From IMG/VR virus record IMGVR_UViG_3300032216_001207, positions 1 to 40,596 of that record: a DNA stretch of 40,596 nucleotides; one strand, given 5' to 3'. The DNA comes from a virus (taxonomy: Duplodnaviria > Caudoviricetes). Below, one piece after another: positions 26,666-34,730 of this stretch (its first letter is position 1; each line of letters starts with the position of its first letter). Below the pieces are notes generated by a model, which did no database searches, was not told where the DNA came from, and saw nothing but the letters and a program-made list of their open reading frames with translations. A program made the translations under genes and the position numbers.

Positions 26666-29600
26666 TCATGGCTTGTGCGGCAAAGCCAGAACCTCGACGA
26701 TGGTTTTGTTGAACCATTTCGAGCCATCTGTTGCGACGTACTGTTTATGGTGCGTTACCTTCAAGACAGCATATCGAACGCCATTTTGAATGATAATTTC
26801 CCGTTCATGTGAACCATGTTCAGAAAAAGTGGTTGCCTCCACGCCTCTGACGCCCTCTTCGGCAACATGAATTTTTAGCCATGTTCCATGACTAGCAAAA
26901 GCGGGAGTAGCCCCAAAGCTAGCGGAATTGAATGAACCGTCTTGAATGACGCCGCCAGTGACGGATTCGTAGGTCGATTGACCAACACCGATTCCACGCC
27001 ACAAAATGCTTCCCGCTGGAACATCCAAGGAAGCCTTTTTAAATGCCGCGACCATGGGCTTCGATGCTTCAAAATATGGACTATCTACATCGCCCTTTCG
27101 AAGGGCCGTGTTCCAATCATCGTAAAAACTGCCGGTGTATTGCTTGGCTTTTGTTTGTTCCTTTTCCGACATTGCCGCAAAGGCAGCTTTGCTTTTGGCG
27201 CTGTAATCCTGCAGCACCTTGTCTGCCATGGTGATTTCCTTAAAATCACCCTTTTTGGGAATTGGAATCGACGAGGCCGCGTCTTTGCTCAAAACGACAT
27301 AATCGGCAGCCCTTTGAGCATTTTTGAAAGCCTCGTATGGAATTGCAGGGTGACTTTTGGAAAGTGACGCAGATAGCTTTCCATAGGCACCCGTGAACGT
27401 CCCACTTTGAACGGTTTTGTAGCCGGTCTCTGTTTGCGCTTGAAGCTCGGCTAAAACTTGGCCGTGATATTCCTTAACCGCTGAAGCCGGGTGGTCAGCG
27501 ATGCCAATGGTCTTGGTGCCATATGTCCCGGTGGCCTTATCAAAAACCGGAAACTGAATGTTTTTGATGGCGTCAACATGCGATTGTCCATCCAGCAAAT
27601 TATGGCTTGTCGCTATTGCATGGATAAGGTTGACCGCATCATTGTTGGCTTTGTTGATGGCCTCTGATGATGATTTCCATTTGTTCGTTGGTCCTTGATT
27701 TCCGTTTTTGAAAAAGTCTGGCTGTAACGGAATATCCTCGGGCTTAAAGCCTTTGGCGGGCGTCTGAATGTGCGCATATTTGACGCCAAACTCCTCGCCC
27801 TGTTCGAGAATTTTTTCACCGGGCTGTAGTTGGAGCCAGTCTTTTTTCTTACTGGCTTTGACGGACTCTTTGACGGCCTTTGCAGCTTTGTCCGGCGCTG
27901 TTGAAGCGACAGGCAATGGGGTCTTGACCAGAGCAGCCGCAGCAGTTGCGGTCTGTAGCGTAGCGCCGCCGTACAACGCCGGATGATTGTTTTCTAGTTG
28001 CCCCTTGACCACAACGTGCGGCGACCCCAGCGCGGCCAAGGCAGCATTAGCGAGTTTGACCTGTTGCTTGCCGTAAGTGTTGGTGCCGTAAGGCAAAGCC
28101 AAAAGACCTTTCACGTCTCCAGCCATAGCAAGATTGGAAAGCAGATCGACCTTTGGATTGTGAGACTTGGCGTTTTGATTCGTTGCCGCGAGCTTTGTGG
28201 CCTCAAAGTTAGGCATAGCTCCACCCGCCGGGGGTGTCATCGTGTTTGGCGCAGGGACAGGAGCCGGTTTTGACACCACTGCGTCTGCGACCTTGGCCGT
28301 AGCAACGGTTGTTGCGGCAGCCTTCATATTGAGGTCGGCTACAAGCGCGTTGTAATAGTTGGCAATCTTGATTCCGTTTGTTGTCCCGGGTTTCCATGGC
28401 AAACCGTTGACATATTTTCCACCGGTCGCGCCCTCTTTAAGCGCGGCCATATCGCCTTTCGCGTGGGCAGCTTCAAACTTCTTGACCATGGCGTCATAGA
28501 ATTTGTCTGAAGACAAGCCCGTGTTGAACACAGGCTTGTTCGGTATATCGACCTTTGGCGCGGCAGCCGAAATGGCCTTGGCTTCAACCTCGACGGCCTT
28601 TTGGTCAACCGTGCTTTTGATCCTTTCAGGCTTTAACCCAAGTGCTGCGGACGCAGGAATGCCACCTTCTTTTTCAGGATTCAAATATGCGTTTGCCTTG
28701 GCAACAATCGCTTGCTTTCGTTCAATCAGGTTTTCGGCCAGCTTGGTTTTAAAAGCTGCGTCCCCCGGACCATAGGTGTTTACTAGCTTACGAATCGTGT
28801 CGTCGCTGATGTTCTCCAGCCTTTGGGCCGAAGTCCTTAATTGGTAATTAGTCATAGAACCAAAGACGGAAACTTGTTCGGAAGTGTTTTTCCGCATGGT
28901 TTCAAATTCGGGGGCCTTTGGGTCTAGGACTCCACCGTGTGCAGCAAGGTCTTTGGGCAGCCCCTGCGCGCGGAACAATAGCGCACCACCGGGGTCGATG
29001 TTGATTGCCTTGCCGTCTTTTATGACTGTGTTGTCGTAACCCATCCCCAAGACGTCATAGTTTGCAAGCCAAGCATGAACGGCAAAGTCCTTCTTAATGA
29101 TGGCTTTTTCAATATCGTTTGGCCCGCCAAGCAACGAGGTGGCACCCTCGACCATTTTGGACGCAACACCAAGGCCACCGCCAAATTTGCCTTCAAGCTC
29201 GACAAGCTTCATATCTGGCGCGCCGACCCCAGCGGCCAGCATTAGGTGAGACGCGAGAACCTCATTCTTGGCCCGGTCGTCGTTCTGTTGCGGGGTAACC
29301 ACACCGGCTTTGGCGTTACCCTTGACCAACCACTTATCGCCGTTCTCTTGATACATTGCGCCCGGGTTCGACCCGCCGGGTTTTGCACCCACGGCAAGGC
29401 CAAAGCTGGACAAGGTTTTTGGGCCTGCAATGGCGTCAACAGACGCGGTTGCCTTAATCTTAGCCTCATGGTCGGCTACGGCCTGTGTTGCCCATTGGTG
29501 AACTTGTGCGCCCCACTTGATATGGGATGAGCCCTTAATACCAGCGGTGAACTGCGCGGCCTTGTCGGCAAATTTGGCAATGGCAGCCTTTACCGGCCCA

Positions 29601-30733
29601 ACATCTCCCGTGCTGGACAGAGCGGACGCGGCAGCGTTCATGGTTTTTTGATAGATGGGATTGGAGCCCGTCAAGCCACCGGCCACGGTCGGAGCAAGAG
29701 TTATCCCGTCAGCGCCCGTAGCCTTCCACTGACCACCAAGAGCCGATCCACCGGGCCATCGCGCCTGATGCGCCCAGCTTCCGCCACTGCCGCCCTTGGA
29801 GCCGCCGCCGCCGCCCTTGGCCTTGCCAAAGCTCATGAGGTGTTCAAGCTCATCTAGCATGGCCCGGTCGTGCGTGCGGTTTAACAGCTTGCGCGCATCC
29901 TTGAGAGTTGCGAGCGTCATGGCCTGCGACTCCCAGCCCATATCTTTTGGCGTCCCGCCGACGCGGCGCGCGATATAGAACCGAGCCTTGGAGGTATCGC
30001 GCTCAAAATCACCCAAAATGCCGGTGATCTGGACCTTGAGGCCCGTTTCCTCGTGGGCCTCCTTGATAGCGTTCTGTTGCAACGTAAGGCCCGACTCTGC
30101 GGTGCCTTTTGGATATGTGTTCTGATAGCCGCCAAAGGCGTTAGTGGGCCGCGTGAGCCACAAGCGGCCATCCGGCTCGACGATTATGACGCCAGCGCCG
30201 GTGTTTTTGGTCGGGTGCGGCACAAACGGGGTGTCTAGGTCGAGCGATGGCTTGGTTCCCTTCACTGCAGACCAGCCTTCGGCAGGCGGATTCCACGCCT
30301 TCATTGCCACGCCGTTTAAGGTCGCGGGCGCGTCGCCCCCGGGCGTGAAGACTGCGGACTTGGTGCGGTCGGTCCATGTGCTCGGGTGGCTGGCCTTGGA
30401 CGGGTAATCAATCGAGACCGGCTTGCCTTGGTCGTTGGTCTGCGGGTGCGGCTTGGCCCCTGCAGGCGGAGCAGATGGCTTGGCCCACATGCCACTGCCC
30501 TTCCACCCTGATTCATAAAAAGTGTTTTCACCCGGTAGCGTCTTCGGTTGAAAGCCGCCGCCGCCGCCACCCGCACCTGTGCCTTTGGGCGCAAACTGGC
30601 CACCCTTGGTGTTGCCTGCAGGGTAGCGGGTGTAATTGCCCGCACCGCTTTTGCCTGCGCCGGACTTCTGCAGCGCGAGCTTGAGGCGGATCAGGGCGAA
30701 TTGGGCCTTGATGGCCTCAAGGCTACTTGCCAT
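26666..30733 (-). CDS. Polyvalent protein: Nudix hydrolase + PI3/4K/HipA-like kinase + R-S-E ADP-ribosyltransferase
   Basis: Nudix box PKGTAESGLTLQQNAIKEAHEETGL; kinase GSNPG..Y...WLVK...NEVLASHL...HAWLANYDVLG..DN...IDPGGALLFRAQG; ART YTGSFYDDWNTALRKG...LWRG...FNSAS...HEREIII. Confidence 0.88.
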   Translation of the reverse strand: MASSLEAIKAQFALIRLKLALQKSGAGKSGAGNYTRYPAGNTKGGQFAPKGTGAGGGGGGFQPKTLPGENTFYESGWKGSGMWAKPSAPPAGAKPHPQTNDQGKPVSIDYPSKASHPSTWTDRTKSAVFTPGGDAPATLNGVAMKAWNPPAEGWSAVKGTKPSLDLDTPFVPHPTKNTGAGVIIVEPDGRLWLTRPTNAFGGYQNTYPKGTAESGLTLQQNAIKEAHEETGLKVQITGILGDFERDTSKARFYIARRVGGTPKDMGWESQAMTLATLKDARKLLNRTHDRAMLDELEHLMSFGKAKGGGGGSKGGSGGSWAHQARWPGGSALGGQWKATGADGITLAPTVAGGLTGSNPIYQKTMNAAASALSSTGDVGPVKAAIAKFADKAAQFTAGIKGSSHIKWGAQVHQWATQAVADHEAKIKATASVDAIAGPKTLSSFGLAVGAKPGGSNPGAMYQENGDKWLVKGNAKAGVVTPQQNDDRAKNEVLASHLMLAAGVGAPDMKLVELEGKFGGGLGVASKMVEGATSLLGGPNDIEKAIIKKDFAVHAWLANYDVLGMGYDNTVIKDGKAINIDPGGALLFRAQGLPKDLAAHGGVLDPKAPEFETMRKNTSEQVSVFGSMTNYQLRTSAQRLENISDDTIRKLVNTYGPGDAAFKTKLAENLIERKQAIVAKANAYLNPEKEGGIPASAALGLKPERIKSTVDQKAVEVEAKAISAAAPKVDIPNKPVFNTGLSSDKFYDAMVKKFEAAHAKGDMAALKEGATGGKYVNGLPWKPGTTNGIKIANYYNALVADLNMKAAATTVATAKVADAVVSKPAPVPAPNTMTPPAGGAMPNFEATKLAATNQNAKSHNPKVDLLSNLAMAGDVKGLLALPYGTNTYGKQQVKLANAALAALGSPHVVVKGQLENNHPALYGGATLQTATAAAALVKTPLPVASTAPDKAAKAVKESVKASKKKDWLQLQPGEKILEQGEEFGVKYAHIQTPAKGFKPEDIPLQPDFFKNGNQGPTNKWKSSSEAINKANNDAVNLIHAIATSHNLLDGQSHVDAIKNIQFPVFDKATGTYGTKTIGIADHPASAVKEYHGQVLAELQAQTETGYKTVQSGTFTGAYGKLSASLSKSHPAIPYEAFKNAQRAADYVVLSKDAASSIPIPKKGDFKEITMADKVLQDYSAKSKAAFAAMSEKEQTKAKQYTGSFYDDWNTALRKGDVDSPYFEASKPMVAAFKKASLDVPAGSILWRGIGVGQSTYESVTGGVIQDGSFNSASFGATPAFASHGTWLKIHVAEEGVRGVEATTFSEHGSHEREIIIQNGVRYAVLKVTHHKQYVATDGSKWFNKTIVEVLALPHKP

Positions 30734-30947
30734 CGGTGGCGACCTTCTTCTTTGGCTTCTTTGCGGGAACGGTGCCCAAAGGAACGGGGACGTGAACGTC
30801 GCTCACGTCAGGACCGGCAGCCTCGCCACCATCCTTTAAAATCATGGCGTGCTTGGCCACAATTCCGCAGCGGTTCATAAACATTTCGGCGCGGTCCTTG
30901 ATGGACTCAAGGCGGGCGGCGGCGTTGGCGTACTGATCAGGCAACAT
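30723..30947 (-). CDS. Small hypothetical head-associated protein
   Basis: RBS GAAGGA then ATG 30947; basic C-tail; stop overlaps the effector start. Confidence 0.65.
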   Translation of the reverse strand: MLPDQYANAAARLESIKDRAEMFMNRCGIVAKHAMILKDGGEAAGPDVSDVHVPVPLGTVPAKKPKKKVATDGK

Positions 30948-31010
30948 CTTGGGTTCCTTCGGACGTCCGAACTGCCAAATGGTTTACTAGATGTTCGCCT
31001 TAGCCGACAA

Positions 31011-32093
31011 TCAATTTTCGCCCTTCAATTGCGATGGCTCATAGAGGCGATAAAAGACCGTGCAGCGGCAATTGGGGTGCATCGGTGGCAGATTTTGCGG
31101 GCCCTTCGGTGTTTGGAACGCCTGCCCATGCTTGACGCCCGTCTTGGGGTTCATGCTCGGGATAGGACCACAGGTTTCGCAGAGCCGCTCGTCAGACGCG
31201 ACAATCCACCGCTTGCGGGTCAGGTTCTCGTTGATGGTGCCCTTTTCGATAGCCTGTTGCCAGCCATCTTGGACGCCAATGTTAGTCGTGCGGATGGCTT
31301 CGGTTCGGGCAATGGTGCGCGCGCGATAGGCGCGATATTTCCGCTCATAGGCCGCAACCATCTTGTCGATCTGTTCCGGCGTGAGCGGCTTGGTGTTGGT
31401 CATGGCCCGGTTTAGCTGGCCGTCAAACCGGTAGTCGCGGAGTCGGCGCTCATTGATGCCGTCGAGCGGCTGGCCATCGGGGCCCGTGCGCAAGACCTGA
31501 GTGCCGTTTACCCGGTCCACCTTGTTGCCAAGGCCATAACCAGCAGCGCTGCGGCGGAGGTGAAAGGTTTCAAGCTCTTTGCGATAGTTTTTGACGGCCT
31601 GCGCCTGCCGCTCGGTCAGGCCAACGATTCCCTTGATTTCCTTGGCGACGGCTTTTGGGTTCTTGCCATCCTCCATGCCGGTCAAGAGGTACTGGCGAAT
31701 CCCGTCCTTGGTGCCTTGATTGATCTGGCGAATGAGCCCGAGGTTATAGGTCTGCAGCCAAGTCAGGAGGCGGGGGTTTAGCTGATTAAACACGAACTGT
31801 GCGCCCGTCACGCGCGCGTTGATGGCCGTGGCCGCTGCGACCCCGCCTGCATATACCGCCGACTGTAGAACCGGCGTAGCGCCCTCCAGCGCAGTCACAG
31901 AGCCTGACAAATCCAGCATGGCTAGAACGCGGCCTATGTCACCGGCTTGGAGCGCCTCTGCAATGGCGTCGAGGTCAAGCGATTCCGCCTGCGCCGTCAA
32001 CGCGGCAAAGATGGCCTTGGCCAGACGCGGCTCTAAACCGGCAGCGATAAATTCAATGTCGCTCCTAGTGAATCGTTCGGCCTTGAACACCAT
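31011..32093 (-). CDS. MuF / SPP1 gp7-like minor head protein
   Basis: RARTIARTE...KRWIVASDERLCETC...PPMHPNCRC; likely start ATG 32093 (MVFKAERF). Confidence 0.92.
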   Translation of the reverse strand: MVFKAERFTRSDIEFIAAGLEPRLAKAIFAALTAQAESLDLDAIAEALQAGDIGRVLAMLDLSGSVTALEGATPVLQSAVYAGGVAAATAINARVTGAQFVFNQLNPRLLTWLQTYNLGLIRQINQGTKDGIRQYLLTGMEDGKNPKAVAKEIKGIVGLTERQAQAVKNYRKELETFHLRRSAAGYGLGNKVDRVNGTQVLRTGPDGQPLDGINERRLRDYRFDGQLNRAMTNTKPLTPEQIDKMVAAYERKYRAYRARTIARTEAIRTTNIGVQDGWQQAIEKGTINENLTRKRWIVASDERLCETCGPIPSMNPKTGVKHGQAFQTPKGPQNLPPMHPNCRCTVFYRLYEPSQLKGEN

Positions 32094-32195
32094 GGCGCGC
32101 GGGTCGAGCAGTGTTGCCTTCCGCTTGCGTGGTTGACCGGCCCCAACGCCACCGATTGATTTTCCAGCCAATCTAATTCTCCGAAAAATAACTGT

Positions 32196-32240
32196 TGCAA
32201 CGATCAAAACAGACGTCTATCAGTATCACAACGGTGACAC
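32196..32240 (+). promoter_or_regulatory. Putative early promoter with overlapping operator
   Basis: TTGCAA-N17-TATCAG; operator GTATCAC-AACG-GTGACAC at 32223-32240. Confidence 0.65.
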
Positions 32241-32315
32241 CGACGGGCGCTTCTGAAGCGGTTCGGCGGCACCGGAAACAGAATTAACATAGCAGCAAGG
32301 TAAGGACACCTAGCA

Positions 32316-32591
32316 ATGAACATCATCGAACGCATCGAAGCCCGCGTTGCCGAAAACAAGGCCAGCGTGAAGACCTACAAGACCTATGACCGCGCCGACG
32401 CCACGGCAGCCAAGCTCGCCAAGGAATTTGAGGAAGGTCACGACAGCGAAATCTCGATCCGCTATTCCGTGGTTAGGCTCCCCAACGCTGACCGCTGGAC
32501 GGTGATTTTTAAACTGACCGAGTGGATCAACCGGGCCAATCAAGGCACCTATCTTGGCTACTTTTCCCAGCAGGGTTTCTTCACAATTTAA
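32316..32591 (+). CDS. Hypothetical early protein
   Basis: RBS TAAGGA; 91 aa; followed by a hairpin. Confidence 0.8.
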   Translation: MNIIERIEARVAENKASVKTYKTYDRADATAAKLAKEFEEGHDSEISIRYSVVRLPNADRWTVIFKLTEWINRANQGTYLGYFSQQGFFTI

Positions 32592-32599
32592 TCTCAAGC

Positions 32600-32625
32600 G
32601 GGGGCTTCGGCCTCCACCCCATTTC
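32600..32625 (+). terminator. Hairpin/terminator
   Basis: GGGGGC-TTCG-GCCTCC with UUCG loop; weak U-tract. Confidence 0.55.
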
Positions 32626-32640
32626 ATGCAAGGACGCGCC

Positions 32641-32760
32641 ATGACCTACACCCCACGCCCCCCACGGTTTCCCATCATCCCGGCCTTGGCCTTCTTTGCG
32701 GTCGCAGGGCTTGCCGGATATTTCGTGCTGACCTTCATTAGGTTTGCGTTTTCCATCTGA
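32641..32760 (+). CDS. 39-aa single-TM peptide
   Basis: RBS AAGGA then ATG 32641; IIPALAFFAVAGLAGYFVLTFI. Confidence 0.6.
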   Translation: MTYTPRPPRFPIIPALAFFAVAGLAGYFVLTFIRFAFSI

Positions 32761-32767
32761 CCCCCAC

Positions 32768-32795
32768 TTGACGGTTGTCATAGCCGTGATACTGA
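32768..32795 (+). promoter_or_regulatory. Putative early promoter with operator in the spacer
   Basis: TTGACG-N16-TACTGA; operator TTGTCAT-AGCC-GTGATAC at 32775-32792. Confidence 0.65.
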
Positions 32796-32833
32796 ACAGG
32801 AGCGGGCGCAGGGCCCGCGAGAAAGGACACCCC

Positions 32834-33103
32834 ATGAACGTCGAACGTCGTAAACAATTGAATCTCGCCATTGGCCTCCTTGAGCAAATGGAGGCGCTGC
32901 GCGATGTGGCACTGGAGATTATTTCCACCGCAAGGGATGAAGAGCAGGAAGCCTTCGACAACATGCCCGAGGGCCTGCAGGGCGCAGAGCGCGGCCAGAA
33001 CATGGAGACGGCCATCTCTGAAATGGAAACCGCTATCTCCGCACTGGAGGAAATCTATTTTGACGACCTCAAGGCCAACGTCGAAGAGGCAAAGGGGGAA
33101 TAG
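32834..33103 (+). CDS. Conserved acidic helical phage protein
   Basis: RBS AAAGGA; MN..RRK...DEEQEAFDNMPEGLQ..ERG..ME.AI pattern. Confidence 0.82.
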   Translation: MNVERRKQLNLAIGLLEQMEALRDVALEIISTARDEEQEAFDNMPEGLQGAERGQNMETAISEMETAISALEEIYFDDLKANVEEAKGE

Positions 33104-33292
33104 ATGCTCTACCTATCTATAAGGCAACGCTTACCGCTCGGGGCCGTTTTCCTGACCGACAATGCGGCCTACGAGACCCCTGAAGCGGCCCGTGCGGCCA
33201 GTCCTTACAAGCCGATAGGTGTGGAGCCCACACAGCCTCCCGCCTTTGTTGGCGAAGCCGCGAAGCATTGTTACAAGGTGGTGAAGCTATGA
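33104..33292 (+). CDS. Hypothetical protein
   Basis: Abuts the upstream stop; ATGA overlap with the next gene. Confidence 0.6.
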   Translation: MLYLSIRQRLPLGAVFLTDNAAYETPEAARAASPYKPIGVEPTQPPAFVGEAAKHCYKVVKL

Positions 33293-33705
33293 TCGACGAC
33301 CAGATGATATGGCGAATTGCCCAAGCCCCATTTGATGACAAAACGGGCCTTTATACGCTTCGGCTAGAGGGTCACCCATGCAACGGTTACACCTCGCCCG
33401 ATATGATCTATTGGACGGCACCCGACCTCGACACGACTTGGGACAACGTGGTTCAGTTGGAGTTTCCGCGTAAGGCGGTCGGCCAAGGCTTTGAGCAAGA
33501 CCTTTTAACCGGCGAAATAAAGCCAGTCTCCCAATCAGAGGGACAAGCGGAGGAAGCACCACCCATGACCTTTAAAGACCGCTTTCAGGAGGCCGCAGCG
33601 CTTCTGATAACTATAGCTTTTGGCACAGCAGCCGCCCTTGGCTTGATTGCCATAGCCGTCATCTCACTCGACAGCATTGTCCGGCATGTGGTGGCGTGGA
33701 TATGA
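33289..33705 (+). CDS. Hypothetical protein with C-terminal TM
   Basis: ATGA-coupled start; hydrophobic ALLITIAFGTAAALGLIAIAVI. Confidence 0.65.
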   Translation: MIDDQMIWRIAQAPFDDKTGLYTLRLEGHPCNGYTSPDMIYWTAPDLDTTWDNVVQLEFPRKAVGQGFEQDLLTGEIKPVSQSEGQAEEAPPMTFKDRFQEAAALLITIAFGTAAALGLIAIAVISLDSIVRHVVAWI

Positions 33706-34178
33706 CCGCAATTACGACGGAATATCAGTTTTATATGATCACATATGAGGAAAGTCGGAATCAGTGGGTTTGCCATGAGTTGGGCTTTCATCACTTCCGT
33801 CTCTCGTCGGTCAAGCAAATGATCGACCAGCACAAACAGCAACAGTTGCACACCCCTTTAAAGGTTCGCTATCTTAGCGATGTGATAAAGGATGCTGACG
33901 GCATGTTTGCCTTTGTCACTGCCATAACTCCTGATGCGCCATCAAAACACAGGGTGTTGGCCTTTATAGACTCGATTGCCGGTCAAAGGATGCACGCCTT
34001 TGATGACTTCGCGTTCGACACGCCTGAGAACAGCGCCCTCATTGACGAGTGGCTGTTTCTGCGCGCGCAGGCCGACGAGGCCATCTTTCGGACAAGAAAG
34101 GCCAAGCAAGCAATTCCACGCTGCACGTCAATGGAGCTTCTTGGCTTAGGCGTGCCTGTTGTGAAGTTGGTGGAATGA
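33702..34178 (+). CDS. Hypothetical protein
   Basis: ATGA-coupled at both ends. Confidence 0.65.
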   Translation: MTAITTEYQFYMITYEESRNQWVCHELGFHHFRLSSVKQMIDQHKQQQLHTPLKVRYLSDVIKDADGMFAFVTAITPDAPSKHRVLAFIDSIAGQRMHAFDDFAFDTPENSALIDEWLFLRAQADEAIFRTRKAKQAIPRCTSMELLGLGVPVVKLVE

Positions 34179-34360
34179 GCCAATACCGCTGCGACCTATT
34201 CGACCTTGAAGCCAAGGTCGTCCGCGAAACCCCTACGGCTTACAAGCTGGCGTATGGTGGTCCCGAGGACATTTGGCTTTCCAAGGCATGGGTCGAAAAC
34301 AATCACGATGGAACATTCACTATGCCACGATGGCTTGCCGTGGAGAGGGGGTTATTATGA
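34175..34360 (+). CDS. Small conserved phage protein
   Basis: RETP.AY.L......IWLSK........TFTMPRWLA.ERGL pattern; ATGA-coupled. Confidence 0.75.
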   Translation: MSQYRCDLFDLEAKVVRETPTAYKLAYGGPEDIWLSKAWVENNHDGTFTMPRWLAVERGLL

Positions 34361-34518
34361 TCGAATTTCAAACGGTCGAGCAGATGCAGGCGCGCATAGC
34401 AGACCTTGAGGCCATCATTGTCGAGCGCGGCGATATCATCGCGGCACAGGCGGCGCAAATTGAAACGCTTAGATCGGGGATAACCACAGATTATTATTAC
34501 GATGAGGAACTAAAATGA
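34357..34518 (+). CDS. Small coiled-coil hypothetical protein
   Basis: RBS GAGGGG; ATGA-coupled. Confidence 0.6.
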   Translation: MIEFQTVEQMQARIADLEAIIVERGDIIAAQAAQIETLRSGITTDYYYDEELK

Positions 34519-34730
34519 CCGAGACAGAATTGCACGCCCTCCAACAGGAGGTCATGGACGCCCACGCTTGGATTACAATCCTGTTACGGGAACACTTTTT
34601 AGCTCAATGCGAACTGGACCGGGCCGACGAGCGCCTAACCGTTGCTCGCATGAGATTTAGTGACCTTCGCTTGCGCTATGTTTCGGCCAAGCTGCGTTTT
34701 GATACCAAGAAAGACGAAGAAGATGACTGA
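34515..34730 (+). CDS. Small coiled-coil hypothetical protein
   Basis: RBS GAGGA; heptad pattern. Confidence 0.6.
   Translation: MTETELHALQQEVMDAHAWITILLREHFLAQCELDRADERLTVARMRFSDLRLRYVSAKLRFDTKKDEEDD

Noticed and set aside
32094-32207. N-terminal extension of MuF given in the ORF track (start 32207)
   Set aside because: Overlaps the divergent promoter region and starts at a non-ATG codon; ATG 32093 followed by the VFK|A motif is more plausible
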